64,000 nucleotides of DNA from Acidimicrobiia bacterium (GTDB lineage: Bacteria; Actinomycetota; Acidimicrobiia; IMCC26256; JAENVU01): the NCBI GenBank assembly GCA_036502405.1, contig DASXYP010000049.1, positions 44,596-108,595 of the forward strand, given 5' to 3'. Both the position numbers and the translations under genes were made by a program. How positions within the stretch are numbered: position 1 is the first letter of the stretch; the number at the start of each line of letters is the position of its first letter. The notes below the pieces were generated by a model, which worked only from the letters and a program-made list of their open reading frames with translations, made no database searches and was not told where the DNA came from. Shown piece by piece: positions 54,529 through 63,304 of the stretch.

Positions 54529-54720
54529 TCAGCGATCGGCGGAGCCGGGAGCGGGCGGGCGCGGCGGGGTCTCGGGGTCCGGCCACTCGCCCCCGCCCGC
54601 CATGTTCTCCTTGCCGAGGTTCATCTGCTGCGGCCGTCGGACTCCCTCGTCGGTCTCGAGCGGCTCACCCGTGTACATCTTCTCGTCTCCGGTCAGCTCG
54701 TCGTCGTTGCGCTCCATCAT
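54529..54720 (-). CDS. Small acidic hypothetical protein (63 aa)
   Basis: MMERNDDELTGDEKMYTGEPLETDEGVRRPQQMNLGKENMAGGGEWPDPE..., with GAGAGGAG directly upstream of the start. Family not recognised. Confidence 0.55.
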   Translation of the reverse strand: MMERNDDELTGDEKMYTGEPLETDEGVRRPQQMNLGKENMAGGGEWPDPETPPRPPAPGSADR

Positions 54721-55010
54721 CTGCTCCTCTCGAGCCCGGTCGGCACCGCGGAGCCGCCGTAGTCACCAGGCCGTCGACGGCGGCTCGAAGACCGAGATCC
54801 GTCGCGTGCGCATGGAGGACGTTTTCCGCCCGCACCAGGCCTGAAACCGCGTGGCCAGATCCCCCGGACGGGGGAAATCGCGTCTCCGTCCCGCCATAGA
54901 ACTGGACGAGTGCCGCGCAATCGCGCGTACCGGCCCGGAAGCGGGCGACACGCGAGTTTGTCTCTGGACCGCGCGGGTACCCGCACATCTCCCGACCGAG
55001 GAGGTCCACC

Positions 55011-55667
55011 ATGGCGACGAGTACGCAGACGACCGGCACGCAGTCGGCATCCGACGCGAGCCGTGCGGCGTCCGACATCAAGGATGCGGCCGGCGCGCAG
55101 GCCGGCCAGCTGAAGGATGCCGCAACCGAGCATGCCGGCGAGCTCGTGGGCGAGATGAAGGAGCAGGCGCGGCAGGTGACGGATGACGCGCGTGACGAGA
55201 TCCAGCGCCAGCTCGACCAACAGGGTCGCCGGCTCGGCGAGTCGCTCGGTGGTGCGAGCCGGCAGCTGCACTCGATGGCCGAAGCCGGCGAACCGGGTCT
55301 CGTACAGGACCTGACCGGACAGCTCGCCGACCGCCTCGGACGCGTCGCGGACACGGTCGACCGGGGCGGGGTGCAGGCGGTCGCCGAAGACCTGCGTCGG
55401 TTCGCTCGGCGCCAACCCGGCGTGTTCCTCGTCGGCGCGATCGCGGTCGGCTTCGTGGGCGCCCGCCTACTGCGAGCGGGAGCGAGCTCGCGGTCGGACG
55501 GCGACCGCAGCGGCGGCACCCTCTCCGGCGCCACCGGCGCGGCCGCGCGTCCGGTGAACCCCGCGTCGGGTTCCGTCCCGGCCGCGGCGCCGACCGGTGA
55601 GCTCGGCGCGGTGCCGGCGGTCGAGATCCCCGTCGGTGCCGTGGCTCCCGAAGGACTCGTGCCGTGA
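55011..55667 (+). CDS. Hypothetical protein with amphipathic-helix repeats and one C-terminal TM segment
   Basis: 218 aa, with GAGGAGG upstream. It has LEA/apolipoprotein-like repeats (AASDIKDAAGAQAGQLKDAATEHAGELVGEMKEQARQVTDDARDE) and the helix 'GVFLVGAIAVGFVGARLL'. First gene of a three-gene coupled set. Confidence 0.7.
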   Translation: MATSTQTTGTQSASDASRAASDIKDAAGAQAGQLKDAATEHAGELVGEMKEQARQVTDDARDEIQRQLDQQGRRLGESLGGASRQLHSMAEAGEPGLVQDLTGQLADRLGRVADTVDRGGVQAVAEDLRRFARRQPGVFLVGAIAVGFVGARLLRAGASSRSDGDRSGGTLSGATGAAARPVNPASGSVPAAAPTGELGAVPAVEIPVGAVAPEGLVP

Positions 55668-56065
55668 CCGTCCAGCAACCGAGCCGACCGGACGAGTCGC
55701 TCGGGACGCTCTTCTCCGACCTGTCGCGTGATCTGAGCGCGCTGATGCGCGACGAGGTGCGGCTCGCCAAGACGGAGATCACCGAAGATGCGGGGCGCAT
55801 GGCGCGCGCCGGCGGGATGCTCGGCGCCGCCGGCTTCGCCGGCTACATGGTGATCGTGCTGCTCTCGTTCGCGGCGGCCTGGGGACTGGCGGGGGTCGTG
55901 CCGATCGGCGTCGCGTTCCTCATCGTCGGCGTCGTGTGGGCCGCGGCCGCGGCGGTGCTCTTCGGCATGGGAAGGCAACGACTCAGGACGGCAAACCTCA
56001 GACCCGATCAGACCATCGAGACGATGCAGGAGAACGTGCAATGGGCCAAACAGCAGAAGAGCTGA
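55664..56065 (+). CDS. Small two-TM membrane protein of the 'actinobacterial holin-X / DUF1469' type
   Basis: 133 aa with a GTGA overlap. 'LFSDLSRDLSALMRDEVRLAKTEI' is followed by two hydrophobic helices, an architecture typical of that family (from memory). Confidence 0.75.
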   Translation: MTVQQPSRPDESLGTLFSDLSRDLSALMRDEVRLAKTEITEDAGRMARAGGMLGAAGFAGYMVIVLLSFAAAWGLAGVVPIGVAFLIVGVVWAAAAAVLFGMGRQRLRTANLRPDQTIETMQENVQWAKQQKS

Positions 56066-56637
56066 GAACCGACATCGAGCGCCGCCGCGAGAACATGTCC
56101 GGCACCGTGGACGCGATCGAAGACCGCGTGCTCCCGGGCCGCATCATCGACCGGCGGAAGCAAGCCGCCCGAAGCTGGTTCGGCAACACGAAGGACCGGG
56201 TCATGGGCACCGGCGACGACATGCGCGAGAGGGTCGCCGACGCGACGGGAAGCGCCGCGTCGAGCGCCCAACACGTCGCGGAGGGCATCACGGACGCCCC
56301 GAACCAGCTGATGGACCAGACCCGGGGTGCTCCGCTCGTCGCCGGAGCCGTGGCGGTCGGCGTGGGAGCGCTGTTGGCGCTCGTGCTGCCGGAGAGCGAG
56401 CCGGAGCGGCGCCTCGCCGAGACGCTCCAGCCGCAGATCGCCGCCGCGACCGACGCCGCGAAGTCGGCCGGCCAGCAGACGCTGGAGGCGGCAAAGAGCT
56501 CGGCGCAGGACGCGGCCGGCGAGCTGAAGGAGGCCGCGACCGAGCACGCCCAGGACGTCGCCGAGCAGGCGAAGGGCGCAGCGCAGCAGGTGGGCGACAC
56601 GGCGCAGACGAAGGTGGACGACGTTCGCAACAGCTGA
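56041..56637 (+). CDS. DUF3618-like protein
   Basis: Tail of ORF 55936..56637 from ATG 56041. The N-terminal 'AEELRTDIERRRENMSGTVDAIEDRV' is the DUF3618 signature as I recall it. There is one central TM helix and a C-terminal amphipathic repeat region. Confidence 0.75.
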   Translation: MGQTAEELRTDIERRRENMSGTVDAIEDRVLPGRIIDRRKQAARSWFGNTKDRVMGTGDDMRERVADATGSAASSAQHVAEGITDAPNQLMDQTRGAPLVAGAVAVGVGALLALVLPESEPERRLAETLQPQIAAATDAAKSAGQQTLEAAKSSAQDAAGELKEAATEHAQDVAEQAKGAAQQVGDTAQTKVDDVRNS

Positions 56638-56644
56638 TCGCCGC

Positions 56645-56698
56645 CGCACCGCTTCCGCCCCGGCTTCGCGCGAGACGCGTGGCCGGGGCGGCGGTGCG
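56645..56698. terminator. Long GC hairpin between convergent genes (putative bidirectional terminator)
   Basis: CGCACCGC-ttc-CGCCCCGGC ... GCCGGGGCG-GCGGTGCG: a 9-bp plus 8-bp stem with a 3-nt bulge, plus 4 more bp (CGCG/CGCG) inside the loop. It lies 8 nt after the stop at 56637 and 30 nt after the minus-strand stop at 56728. Confidence 0.55.
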
Positions 56699-56727
56699 AT
56701 CCGGTTGCTATGGCGCGAGCACGCAGG

Positions 56728-56871
56728 CTACGTCGGGCGACCGCGTCCGCCCGCGCCATGCTCGCCGCGTCCGAGGTCAGGATCGCCTCTCACCTGGCCA
56801 CCCCGCCTCGTCGCGACCACGGCAGCCGCGGTCAGCACCACCAGCGCGAGGACGATGATCACGAACCACAT
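56728..56871 (-). CDS. Candidate 47-aa single-TM protein
   Basis: Read directly from the sequence; it is below the ORF-track cutoff. MWFVIIVLALVVLTAAAVVATRRGGQVRGDPDLGRGEHGAGGRGRPT. A strong SD GGGAAGGAG lies 7 nt upstream of ATG 56871, and the ORF starts 37 nt downstream of the 56909 gene stop. Confidence 0.4.
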   Translation of the reverse strand: MWFVIIVLALVVLTAAAVVATRRGGQVRGDPDLGRGEHGAGGRGRPT

Positions 56872-56908
56872 CGCAAAGCTCCTTCCCTCGTGACCCGGCG
56901 TGCGCCGA

Positions 56909-57190
56909 CTACGCGCGGAGCCGATCGGTCAGCTGCTCGCGAAAGCCACGGTCCCCACCCCACCGTGATCCGAGATCGACGCTCGGCGCGAGCGGGGTTC
57001 CGTCGCCGTCCTCCATCAGCAGCTGGATCGATGCCCGGATCACCTCGCGCGCGTCGTCCGGCGACCGCCCGAGCTCGGTCAGCATCTCCTTCGACAGGTC
57101 CACCCGGTGGTCGGTGACGTGGTCGCCGTCCTGGAACTGCAGGACGTACTCGCCGCTGCTCATCGGAATCACGACCATCTCGGTCATCAC
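56909..57190 (-). CDS. Hypothetical small soluble protein (93 aa)
   Basis: MMTEMVVIPMSSGEYVLQFQDGDHVTDHRVDLSKEMLTELGRSPDDAREVIRASIQLLMEDGDGTPL..., with GGAGG upstream. Family not recognised. Confidence 0.6.
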   Translation of the reverse strand: MMTEMVVIPMSSGEYVLQFQDGDHVTDHRVDLSKEMLTELGRSPDDAREVIRASIQLLMEDGDGTPLAPSVDLGSRWGGDRGFREQLTDRLRA

Positions 57191-57314
57191 TGCACCTCCG
57201 CGTCGGGTCTGCCGTCTGAGAAGACCGCTGGTACCCCCTGGTCGCGGGTCGAAACCTCGCGGCGCCTTCGGGAGCTCCGAACCGGCCGGGAGCCGCGACT
57301 CCCGGTGGGTGAGG

Positions 57315-58505
57315 TCACTGCTCTGGATGGAACACCACCTTGATCGCGCCGTCCTTCTTCTTCTGAAACATCTCGTAGGCGGCCGGGGCTTCGGACAACG
57401 GCAGGTGATGCGTCGCGAAGGTGTCCACGCCGAGAGGGTCGTCCGAACCCGTGACCAGAGGCATGAGATCGTCGATCCACCGCTTGACGTTGGCCTGACC
57501 CATGCGGAGCTGGATCTGCTTGTCGAAGAGCGTCAACAGCGGAAGCGGATCCGACATGCCACCGTACACGCCTGACAACGAGATGGTCCCGCCGCGCCGC
57601 ACCATGTCGATCGCGAGCATCACCGCGTTGAGACGGTCGACACCGGCCTTCTTCATGAGCTTCGCAGCGACGGCATCGGGCAGCAGCCCGGTCGCCTGCT
57701 GCGCGAACCTCGCGGCGTTGGAACCGTGCGCCTCCATCCCCACCGCATCGATCACCGCATCCGCGCCGCGTCCGTGCGTGAGCTCGCGGACCGCGTCCGC
57801 CGGGTCGTCCACGTCGTTCAGGTCGATCGTGTCGATCCCCCATTCCCGCGCGCGCTCCAGCCGTTCGGGGACGAGGTCGATGCCGATCACCAGCGAGGCG
57901 CCCAGATGCCGTGCCACCCGCGCCGACATCGAGCCGATGGGGCCCTGCCCGAGCACCACCACGTTGCCGCCCGGTGGGATGCTCGCGTACTGCACGGCCT
58001 GCCAGGCCGTCGGCAGCACGTCGGACAGGAACACGAACCGGTCGTCCGCCGGACCTTCGGGAACCTTGATCGGGCCGAACTGCGCCTGCGGGACCCGCAA
58101 CAACTCGGCCTGGCCGCCGGGAATCTGTCCGTAGAGCTTCGTGTAGCCGAACAGCGAGCCGCCGGTCCCCTGCGCCGTGTTCTGCGTGGTCTCACACTGC
58201 GAGTAGAGCGCCTGGTCGCACATGAAGCAGGTGCCGCACGAGATGTTGAACGGGATCACGACGCGGTCACCCGGCACCAGTCCCGGAACGGCCGCGCCGA
58301 CCTCCTCCACGATGCCCATCGGCTCATGGCCCAGGATGTCGCCCTCGCCGAGGAACGCCGTCAGCACCTCGTACAGGTGCAGATCCGAACCGCACAGTCC
58401 GGTGGACGTCACGCGTACGATCGCGTCGGTCGGCTCCTCGATCTTGGGATCCGGCACCTCTTCGACCCGCACATCACGCTTGCCGTGGAACGTCACCGCC
58501 TTCAT
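57315..58505 (-). CDS. Zn-dependent alcohol/formaldehyde dehydrogenase family protein (paralog of 26358..27566)
   Basis: 396 aa. 'GLCGSDLHLYE', 'GHEPMGIVEEVG', the structural Zn loop 'CGTCFMCDQALYSQC' and 'GQGPIGSMSA'. Confidence 0.9.
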   Translation of the reverse strand: MKAVTFHGKRDVRVEEVPDPKIEEPTDAIVRVTSTGLCGSDLHLYEVLTAFLGEGDILGHEPMGIVEEVGAAVPGLVPGDRVVIPFNISCGTCFMCDQALYSQCETTQNTAQGTGGSLFGYTKLYGQIPGGQAELLRVPQAQFGPIKVPEGPADDRFVFLSDVLPTAWQAVQYASIPPGGNVVVLGQGPIGSMSARVARHLGASLVIGIDLVPERLERAREWGIDTIDLNDVDDPADAVRELTHGRGADAVIDAVGMEAHGSNAARFAQQATGLLPDAVAAKLMKKAGVDRLNAVMLAIDMVRRGGTISLSGVYGGMSDPLPLLTLFDKQIQLRMGQANVKRWIDDLMPLVTGSDDPLGVDTFATHHLPLSEAPAAYEMFQKKKDGAIKVVFHPEQ

Positions 58506-58700
58506 CGCACCGCCCTCTCGAGCGCGTCGCGCTCACGTCGTCACTGACCTTCCGACCGCGCGCCGTACCCGCGCCCCAGGTCCGCCAAACGGCCGCGGCC
58601 ACGTCCCGAAGCCTTGCCCCGACGGACCCAAGGCGGCTCGTGCTCGAGCATTCGAGGCGTCGTCGAATGTGTTCGTGTCGCTGGACCGCGCTCTGGCGCC

Positions 58701-59681
58701 TCAGGTCGTGACGACGAGCTTCCCGGCTGCGCTTCCGGCTTCCATGGCGGTGTGCGCTTCGACGATCTGGTCGAAGCCGTAGACGCGGTCGATCGGTACG
58801 ACCGCGTCGCCGGCAGCGACCGCATCAAGGAATTCCTGCAGCACCGATCGGGGCAGGTCTTCGGCTTCGCCGTGGTAGGCAGTCAGCCGCACTCCTCGGG
58901 GCAGGTACTCGATCGGGTAGAAGTCCCGGACGGTCCAGACGTTGGACAGCATCCCGGTGAAGCACACGACCCCGTGCAGCCGAGTCGAGTGCAGCGTGTC
59001 CGGCAGGGTCGGCGTGCCAACGAGCTCGAGCGCGATGTCGACCCCGTCTCGGAGGATCTCGCGTACCTGCTGGGCGACGTTGCCGTCGTCGACCAGGACG
59101 TGCTCCACGCCGAGATCGATCAGCGCTGCGGTCTTGTTCGCGCTTCGGGTCGTCGAGAGCACGGTCATCTTCCGCTGCCGGGCGAGGACTGCTGCCGCCA
59201 TGCCCACTGAAGAGGTGCCGCCGCGGATGAGGATCGACTGCCCGGGCTTCGCGTCGAGACCGACGGTGAGCGAGCCGTAGGCGGTCTGCAGCATCTCGGG
59301 CACTGCGCCGAGGGTCGACCACTCGAGAGCACTTGCGAATGGGATCACCTGACTCGCAGGCACGCACGTGTAGTCGGCGTAGCCCCCGTCGAAGGTGCGC
59401 CCCATTCCACCCATCATGGTGACGACCTGCTGGCCGATGGGGAGCTCCCCGCCCGGGCATCGGGCGACGAGGCCGGCAGCCTCGATGCCCAGAACCCGCG
59501 GGAACGTCACACCGGACGCGAGGCCCTCCCGGGTCTGCAACTCGGATCGGTTCAACCCGAACGCCTTGACCTCGATCAGCACCCAACCGACCGCCGGCGT
59601 CGGGACCGGCAGCTCCCGGACCGTCAGCGTCTCAGGTGGGCCCGGCGCGTCGAGGACGATCGCTCGCATGGTCTCTGTCAT
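58701..59681 (-). CDS. Medium-chain dehydrogenase/reductase, quinone-oxidoreductase-like
   Basis: 326 aa. 'VLIEVKAFGLNRSE', 'PRVLGIEAAGLV' and 'ILIRGGTSSVGMAAAVLA'. No structural-Zn Cys loop. Confidence 0.9.
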   Translation of the reverse strand: MTETMRAIVLDAPGPPETLTVRELPVPTPAVGWVLIEVKAFGLNRSELQTREGLASGVTFPRVLGIEAAGLVARCPGGELPIGQQVVTMMGGMGRTFDGGYADYTCVPASQVIPFASALEWSTLGAVPEMLQTAYGSLTVGLDAKPGQSILIRGGTSSVGMAAAVLARQRKMTVLSTTRSANKTAALIDLGVEHVLVDDGNVAQQVREILRDGVDIALELVGTPTLPDTLHSTRLHGVVCFTGMLSNVWTVRDFYPIEYLPRGVRLTAYHGEAEDLPRSVLQEFLDAVAAGDAVVPIDRVYGFDQIVEAHTAMEAGSAAGKLVVTT

Positions 59682-59721
59682 CCAACCTCCTGGGCTCTGA
59701 CCGTCGACTCGGAACGATGGC

Positions 59722-60834
59722 CTACAGCTTCACGCGTCTTCCTGACGCAGCAGACCTCTCGATGGCAGCGGTGACCTCGTGGCGCCGGACGGCATCCGCG
59801 AAGTCGGGGACGGTGTGCTTCCCGGTATCAATGTCTGCCGCGAACGCGGCGTAGACGCGCCCGACGTTGAAGGCTGGCGCGCCTTGCAGGCTGGTGAGGG
59901 CAGGCCACTTCCGAGTCAGTCCCTCCGGTACCGCCAGCGCGGCGGGTTCGTTTCGGCCCTGCGCCCCCGCGATGCTCAATGGAAAGATCCCGGGGAGCGG
60001 GCCGTCAGCGGTGATCCGCAACGTTCCCACCGTTCCGTTGATCTCCCACTGGAAACCAATGCCGCCGGCCACCGCCTCGCGAATGTGAACACTGACCGTC
60101 GCGCCGGAGCGGAGGGCGCCGATCACCGCGACTTGGTCGGCTGCTGTCTTCGCGAGCTTCTCGCCGGTCTCTTCGACCTTGATGACCGGCCGGCGGAGGT
60201 CCGACACCGCCGAGAGGTCGGCGAACTCGCCCAGCACGTAGTTGAGGGTGTCCAGGCTGTGGCCCACCGCGATCGTGAGCAGGTTGGCCCCGTTCGTGTT
60301 GTCGAGCATGTAGGCGTTTGCGTTGACCACGGCGTCGCCCGCGATCGACACCCCGATCATGGTCGTTGACAGAACCTCGCCGACGTACCCGTCGTGGACC
60401 AGTTCGCTGACGAACTCGATGGCCGGGGATTGTCGCCCCTGCAATCCGACGACGGACCGAACGCGCTGCTCGGCGGCGAGCGCGGCCATCGCCCGCGCGT
60501 CGTCGAGGTCGCGCCCCAGGGGCCACTCGCAGTAGACGGCCTTGCCGGCGTCAAGTGCGGCGGAAACGAGCTCTCGGTGGTGCGGAACTTTGACCGTCAC
60601 CACAACCAGGTCGATGTCGGGCTGGGTGACCAGCTGCTCGTGGTCCGAGAACGCTGTGCTGACCCCGAACACTTCACCCGCGGCGGCAGCAGCTTCTGCG
60701 CTGTGCGCGCTGAGCGCGCGGATTTCGTAGTTCGGCAGAGCTCGCAGCGCCGGGATGTGGGCGGTGGCGGCCCAACCCCGGCTGGGGCTGACGCCGATGA
60801 TCCCGACACCCAACTTCGATGGTGCAGATGTCAT
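59722..60834 (-). CDS. Gfo/Idh/MocA-family NAD(P)-dependent oxidoreductase
   Basis: Part of ORF 59722..61044. ATG 60834 is preceded by GAGGAGG. 'LGVGIIGVSPSRGWAATAHIPAL', 'DLVVVTVKVPHHRELVSAALDAGKAVYCEWPL'. Confidence 0.9.
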   Translation of the reverse strand: MTSAPSKLGVGIIGVSPSRGWAATAHIPALRALPNYEIRALSAHSAEAAAAAGEVFGVSTAFSDHEQLVTQPDIDLVVVTVKVPHHRELVSAALDAGKAVYCEWPLGRDLDDARAMAALAAEQRVRSVVGLQGRQSPAIEFVSELVHDGYVGEVLSTTMIGVSIAGDAVVNANAYMLDNTNGANLLTIAVGHSLDTLNYVLGEFADLSAVSDLRRPVIKVEETGEKLAKTAADQVAVIGALRSGATVSVHIREAVAGGIGFQWEINGTVGTLRITADGPLPGIFPLSIAGAQGRNEPAALAVPEGLTRKWPALTSLQGAPAFNVGRVYAAFAADIDTGKHTVPDFADAVRRHEVTAAIERSAASGRRVKL

Positions 60835-61043
60835 TCGAACCTCCTCGTCCGCGAGTGCGCCGGGCGACGTACATGCCGGCGACGCGAGCGCGCGGGCAGC
60901 CCCCTTTGACGACCTCTCCAGAGTACGTGGTGGTCGATGACGCGTCAACAAACCTTCCGAGAGCCCGGCCCCAATACGGCGGCTCGCCGTAGGACCGTTT
61001 GCATTTCCATTGCTGCGGGTATTCCATGCTCCACTTCGGGGCA

Positions 61044-63140
61044 ATGCTCGGGGAGCGGGGGCGGGCGGTGGGGCAAGAGCAGGCGGTGCAGCAAGTCGGG
61101 ACGGCCACAGAGCCTTCGAGCGAGGCGCGCACCGGGAGGGCGCTGGGCGACCGGCCGCGATTGATCCTCCTGAGCTTCCTCATGCTCTTTGTCGAGCTGG
61201 CACTCATACGGTGGCTCGGCTCGAACATCCTCTACCTCTCGTACTTTTCGAACTTCGTGCTTCTCGGCAGCTTTCTCGGAATCGGGCTCGGCTTCTTGCA
61301 TGCGGGTCGGCGGCCGGTGTTGTTCCCGTGGTCGCCCGTCGCTCTCGCTGTACTCGTGGTCTTCGTGCGGACATTCCCGGTGACCGTTCGCAACACGGGC
61401 ACCGACCTCATCTACTTCGGCGAGCTCAAGAGCTCCGGGCCACCGCGCGAGCTGGTCCTCGTGGTGATCTTCCTCGCAGTCGCGGCGACGCTTGCGTTCG
61501 TCGCCGACGGCGTAGCGAGAACGTTCATGCGCTTCGAGGCGCTCGAGGCCTACAAGCTCGACCTGATCGGCAGCGTGTTCGGGATCGCGGTCTACGTTCT
61601 CGTCTCGTTCCTCGGCGCGCCCCCATTGGTCTGGGGAATCATCGTCGCAGCCGCATTCCTCGCGCTCATGCTGCCCGAGCGGCGACTGATCCCGATCGGT
61701 GCCCTGCTCCTGCTCGTGCTGGTGCTGGGCATCGAGTCGTTCGCGGCGAACACCAGCTGGTCGCCGTATTACAAGATCGAAACGGCGCCGAACGTCGGAA
61801 GTCCCGGCGTCAGCGTCAAAGTCAATGGCGTTCCCCATCAGGCCGAGCTGAGCGCGGCGAAGAACCCGCTGTACTCGGCGGCATACAGCCGCGCCAAGGT
61901 CGCCGCGCTCGATGATGTGCTCGTCGTCGGCGCCGGCACCGGCAACGATGTCGCGGTCGCGCTGCGCAACGGTGCGAAGCACATCGACGCGGTCGAGATC
62001 GATCCCCGCATTCGAGAGATCGGTGGCGAGACCCATCCGGACCGGCCGTATTCGGATGCGCGGGTGCATACGCACATCAACGACGGCCGGGCATACCTCG
62101 AGAACTCCGATCGCAAATACGACCTCATCCTGTTCGCGCTCCCCGACTCGATCACGTTGATCCAGGGCCAATCGTCACTGCGGCTCGAGAGCTACCTCTT
62201 CACGAAAGAGTCGATCGAATCGGCGCGCTCACACCTGAAGCGCAATGGCGTGTTCGCCATGTACAACTACTACCGCGAGCAATGGCTCGTGGACCGCTAC
62301 GCAAACACGCTGGACCAGGCCTTCAACCGGTCGCCGTGTGTCGTCTCGATCGGTCCCCCCGGCACGGGGGCCCTCGCGATTCTCATGGACGCGCCCAAGG
62401 CGAGCTCCGTCGACTGCGAGACCCCCGCACCGGCGGGCGGCACCGCAGGGGTCTGGCAGCGGCCGGCGAGGGTCGAGCAACCCGCGACCGACGACCACCC
62501 CTTCCCATACCTCAAGGGGCGAAGTCTGCCGTCGTTCTACGTGGTGACCATCCTGCTCATCCTCTTGTTCTCCGCCATCGCCGTGCGAGTGGTCGGAGGG
62601 CCGCTGCGGCCGATGGTGCGCTACATCGATCTCTTCTTCATGGGCGCGGCCTTTCTCCTGCTCGAGACCAAGAGCGTGGTCCAATTCGCGTTGCTCTTCG
62701 GCACGACCTGGTTCGTGAACGCGCTCGTGTTCCTCGGAGTGCTCGGCACCGTCCTGCTCGCGGTGCTCATCGCCCAGCGCGTCACCTTCCGACATCCCGC
62801 GCGCCTGTACCTGGTGCTGCTCGCCTCGCTCGTTCTCGCTTGGCTCGTGCCGCCGGATCAGCTGCTCGGGCTTCCAGCCCCGACGCGATTCCTCGCTGCC
62901 ACGGCGCTCGCCTTCCTTCCGATCTTCACCGCGAACCTGGTCTTTGCCTCGCGGTTCAAGGAGACCGCACACATCGCAACGGCGTTCGGGGCGAACCTGC
63001 TCGGAGCGATGTTCGGCGGTCTGCTCGAGTACGCGTCGCTCGTCGTGGGCTACCGCGCGCTCCTGTTTCTCGTTGCGCTGCTCTACGGTCTGGCGTTCCT
63101 CACCGGCCGGACGCATCTACGCGCCGGGGTCGCGGCCTGA
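61044..63140 (+). CDS. Spermidine-synthase-like (aminopropyltransferase fold) domain flanked by polytopic membrane domains
   Basis: ORF 60999..63140. An N-terminal ~7 TM region is followed by the central 'VLVVGAGTGNDVAVALRNGAKHIDAVEIDP...YDLILFALPDS' methyltransferase/spermidine synthase fold, then a C-terminal ~6 TM region. Start is uncertain (TTG 60999, ATG 61026 or ATG 61044). Confidence 0.85.
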   Translation: MLGERGRAVGQEQAVQQVGTATEPSSEARTGRALGDRPRLILLSFLMLFVELALIRWLGSNILYLSYFSNFVLLGSFLGIGLGFLHAGRRPVLFPWSPVALAVLVVFVRTFPVTVRNTGTDLIYFGELKSSGPPRELVLVVIFLAVAATLAFVADGVARTFMRFEALEAYKLDLIGSVFGIAVYVLVSFLGAPPLVWGIIVAAAFLALMLPERRLIPIGALLLLVLVLGIESFAANTSWSPYYKIETAPNVGSPGVSVKVNGVPHQAELSAAKNPLYSAAYSRAKVAALDDVLVVGAGTGNDVAVALRNGAKHIDAVEIDPRIREIGGETHPDRPYSDARVHTHINDGRAYLENSDRKYDLILFALPDSITLIQGQSSLRLESYLFTKESIESARSHLKRNGVFAMYNYYREQWLVDRYANTLDQAFNRSPCVVSIGPPGTGALAILMDAPKASSVDCETPAPAGGTAGVWQRPARVEQPATDDHPFPYLKGRSLPSFYVVTILLILLFSAIAVRVVGGPLRPMVRYIDLFFMGAAFLLLETKSVVQFALLFGTTWFVNALVFLGVLGTVLLAVLIAQRVTFRHPARLYLVLLASLVLAWLVPPDQLLGLPAPTRFLAATALAFLPIFTANLVFASRFKETAHIATAFGANLLGAMFGGLLEYASLVVGYRALLFLVALLYGLAFLTGRTHLRAGVAA

Positions 63141-63304
63141 GGCCGGCTTGCCATTCTCGCACTGCGACGTCACGTTCGAGCGTGACGCCGGTGGGCTAGT
63201 GGTCGAGGTCGATGACCTCTCGGTCCATCGCAAGCCACTCAGTGCCCGTGGCGAGGACACGCCAGAGCGGGCAAGATGCGCCCGATAGGCGCGGGGAGGG
63301 CTCG

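Noticed and set aside
52259-54874. Two CCCCCG-NN-CGGGGG palindromes in divergent promoter regions (52259-52272 and 54861-54874), considered as a shared operator.
   Set aside because: Similar C-run/G-run hairpins also occur inside coding sequence (5949-5965 CCCCCGCCAGCCGGGGG; 62354-62370 CCCCCGGCACGGGGG). With 70% GC and Pro/Gly codon runs, two intergenic hits are not clearly above background. They are noted only as part of the katE leader description.
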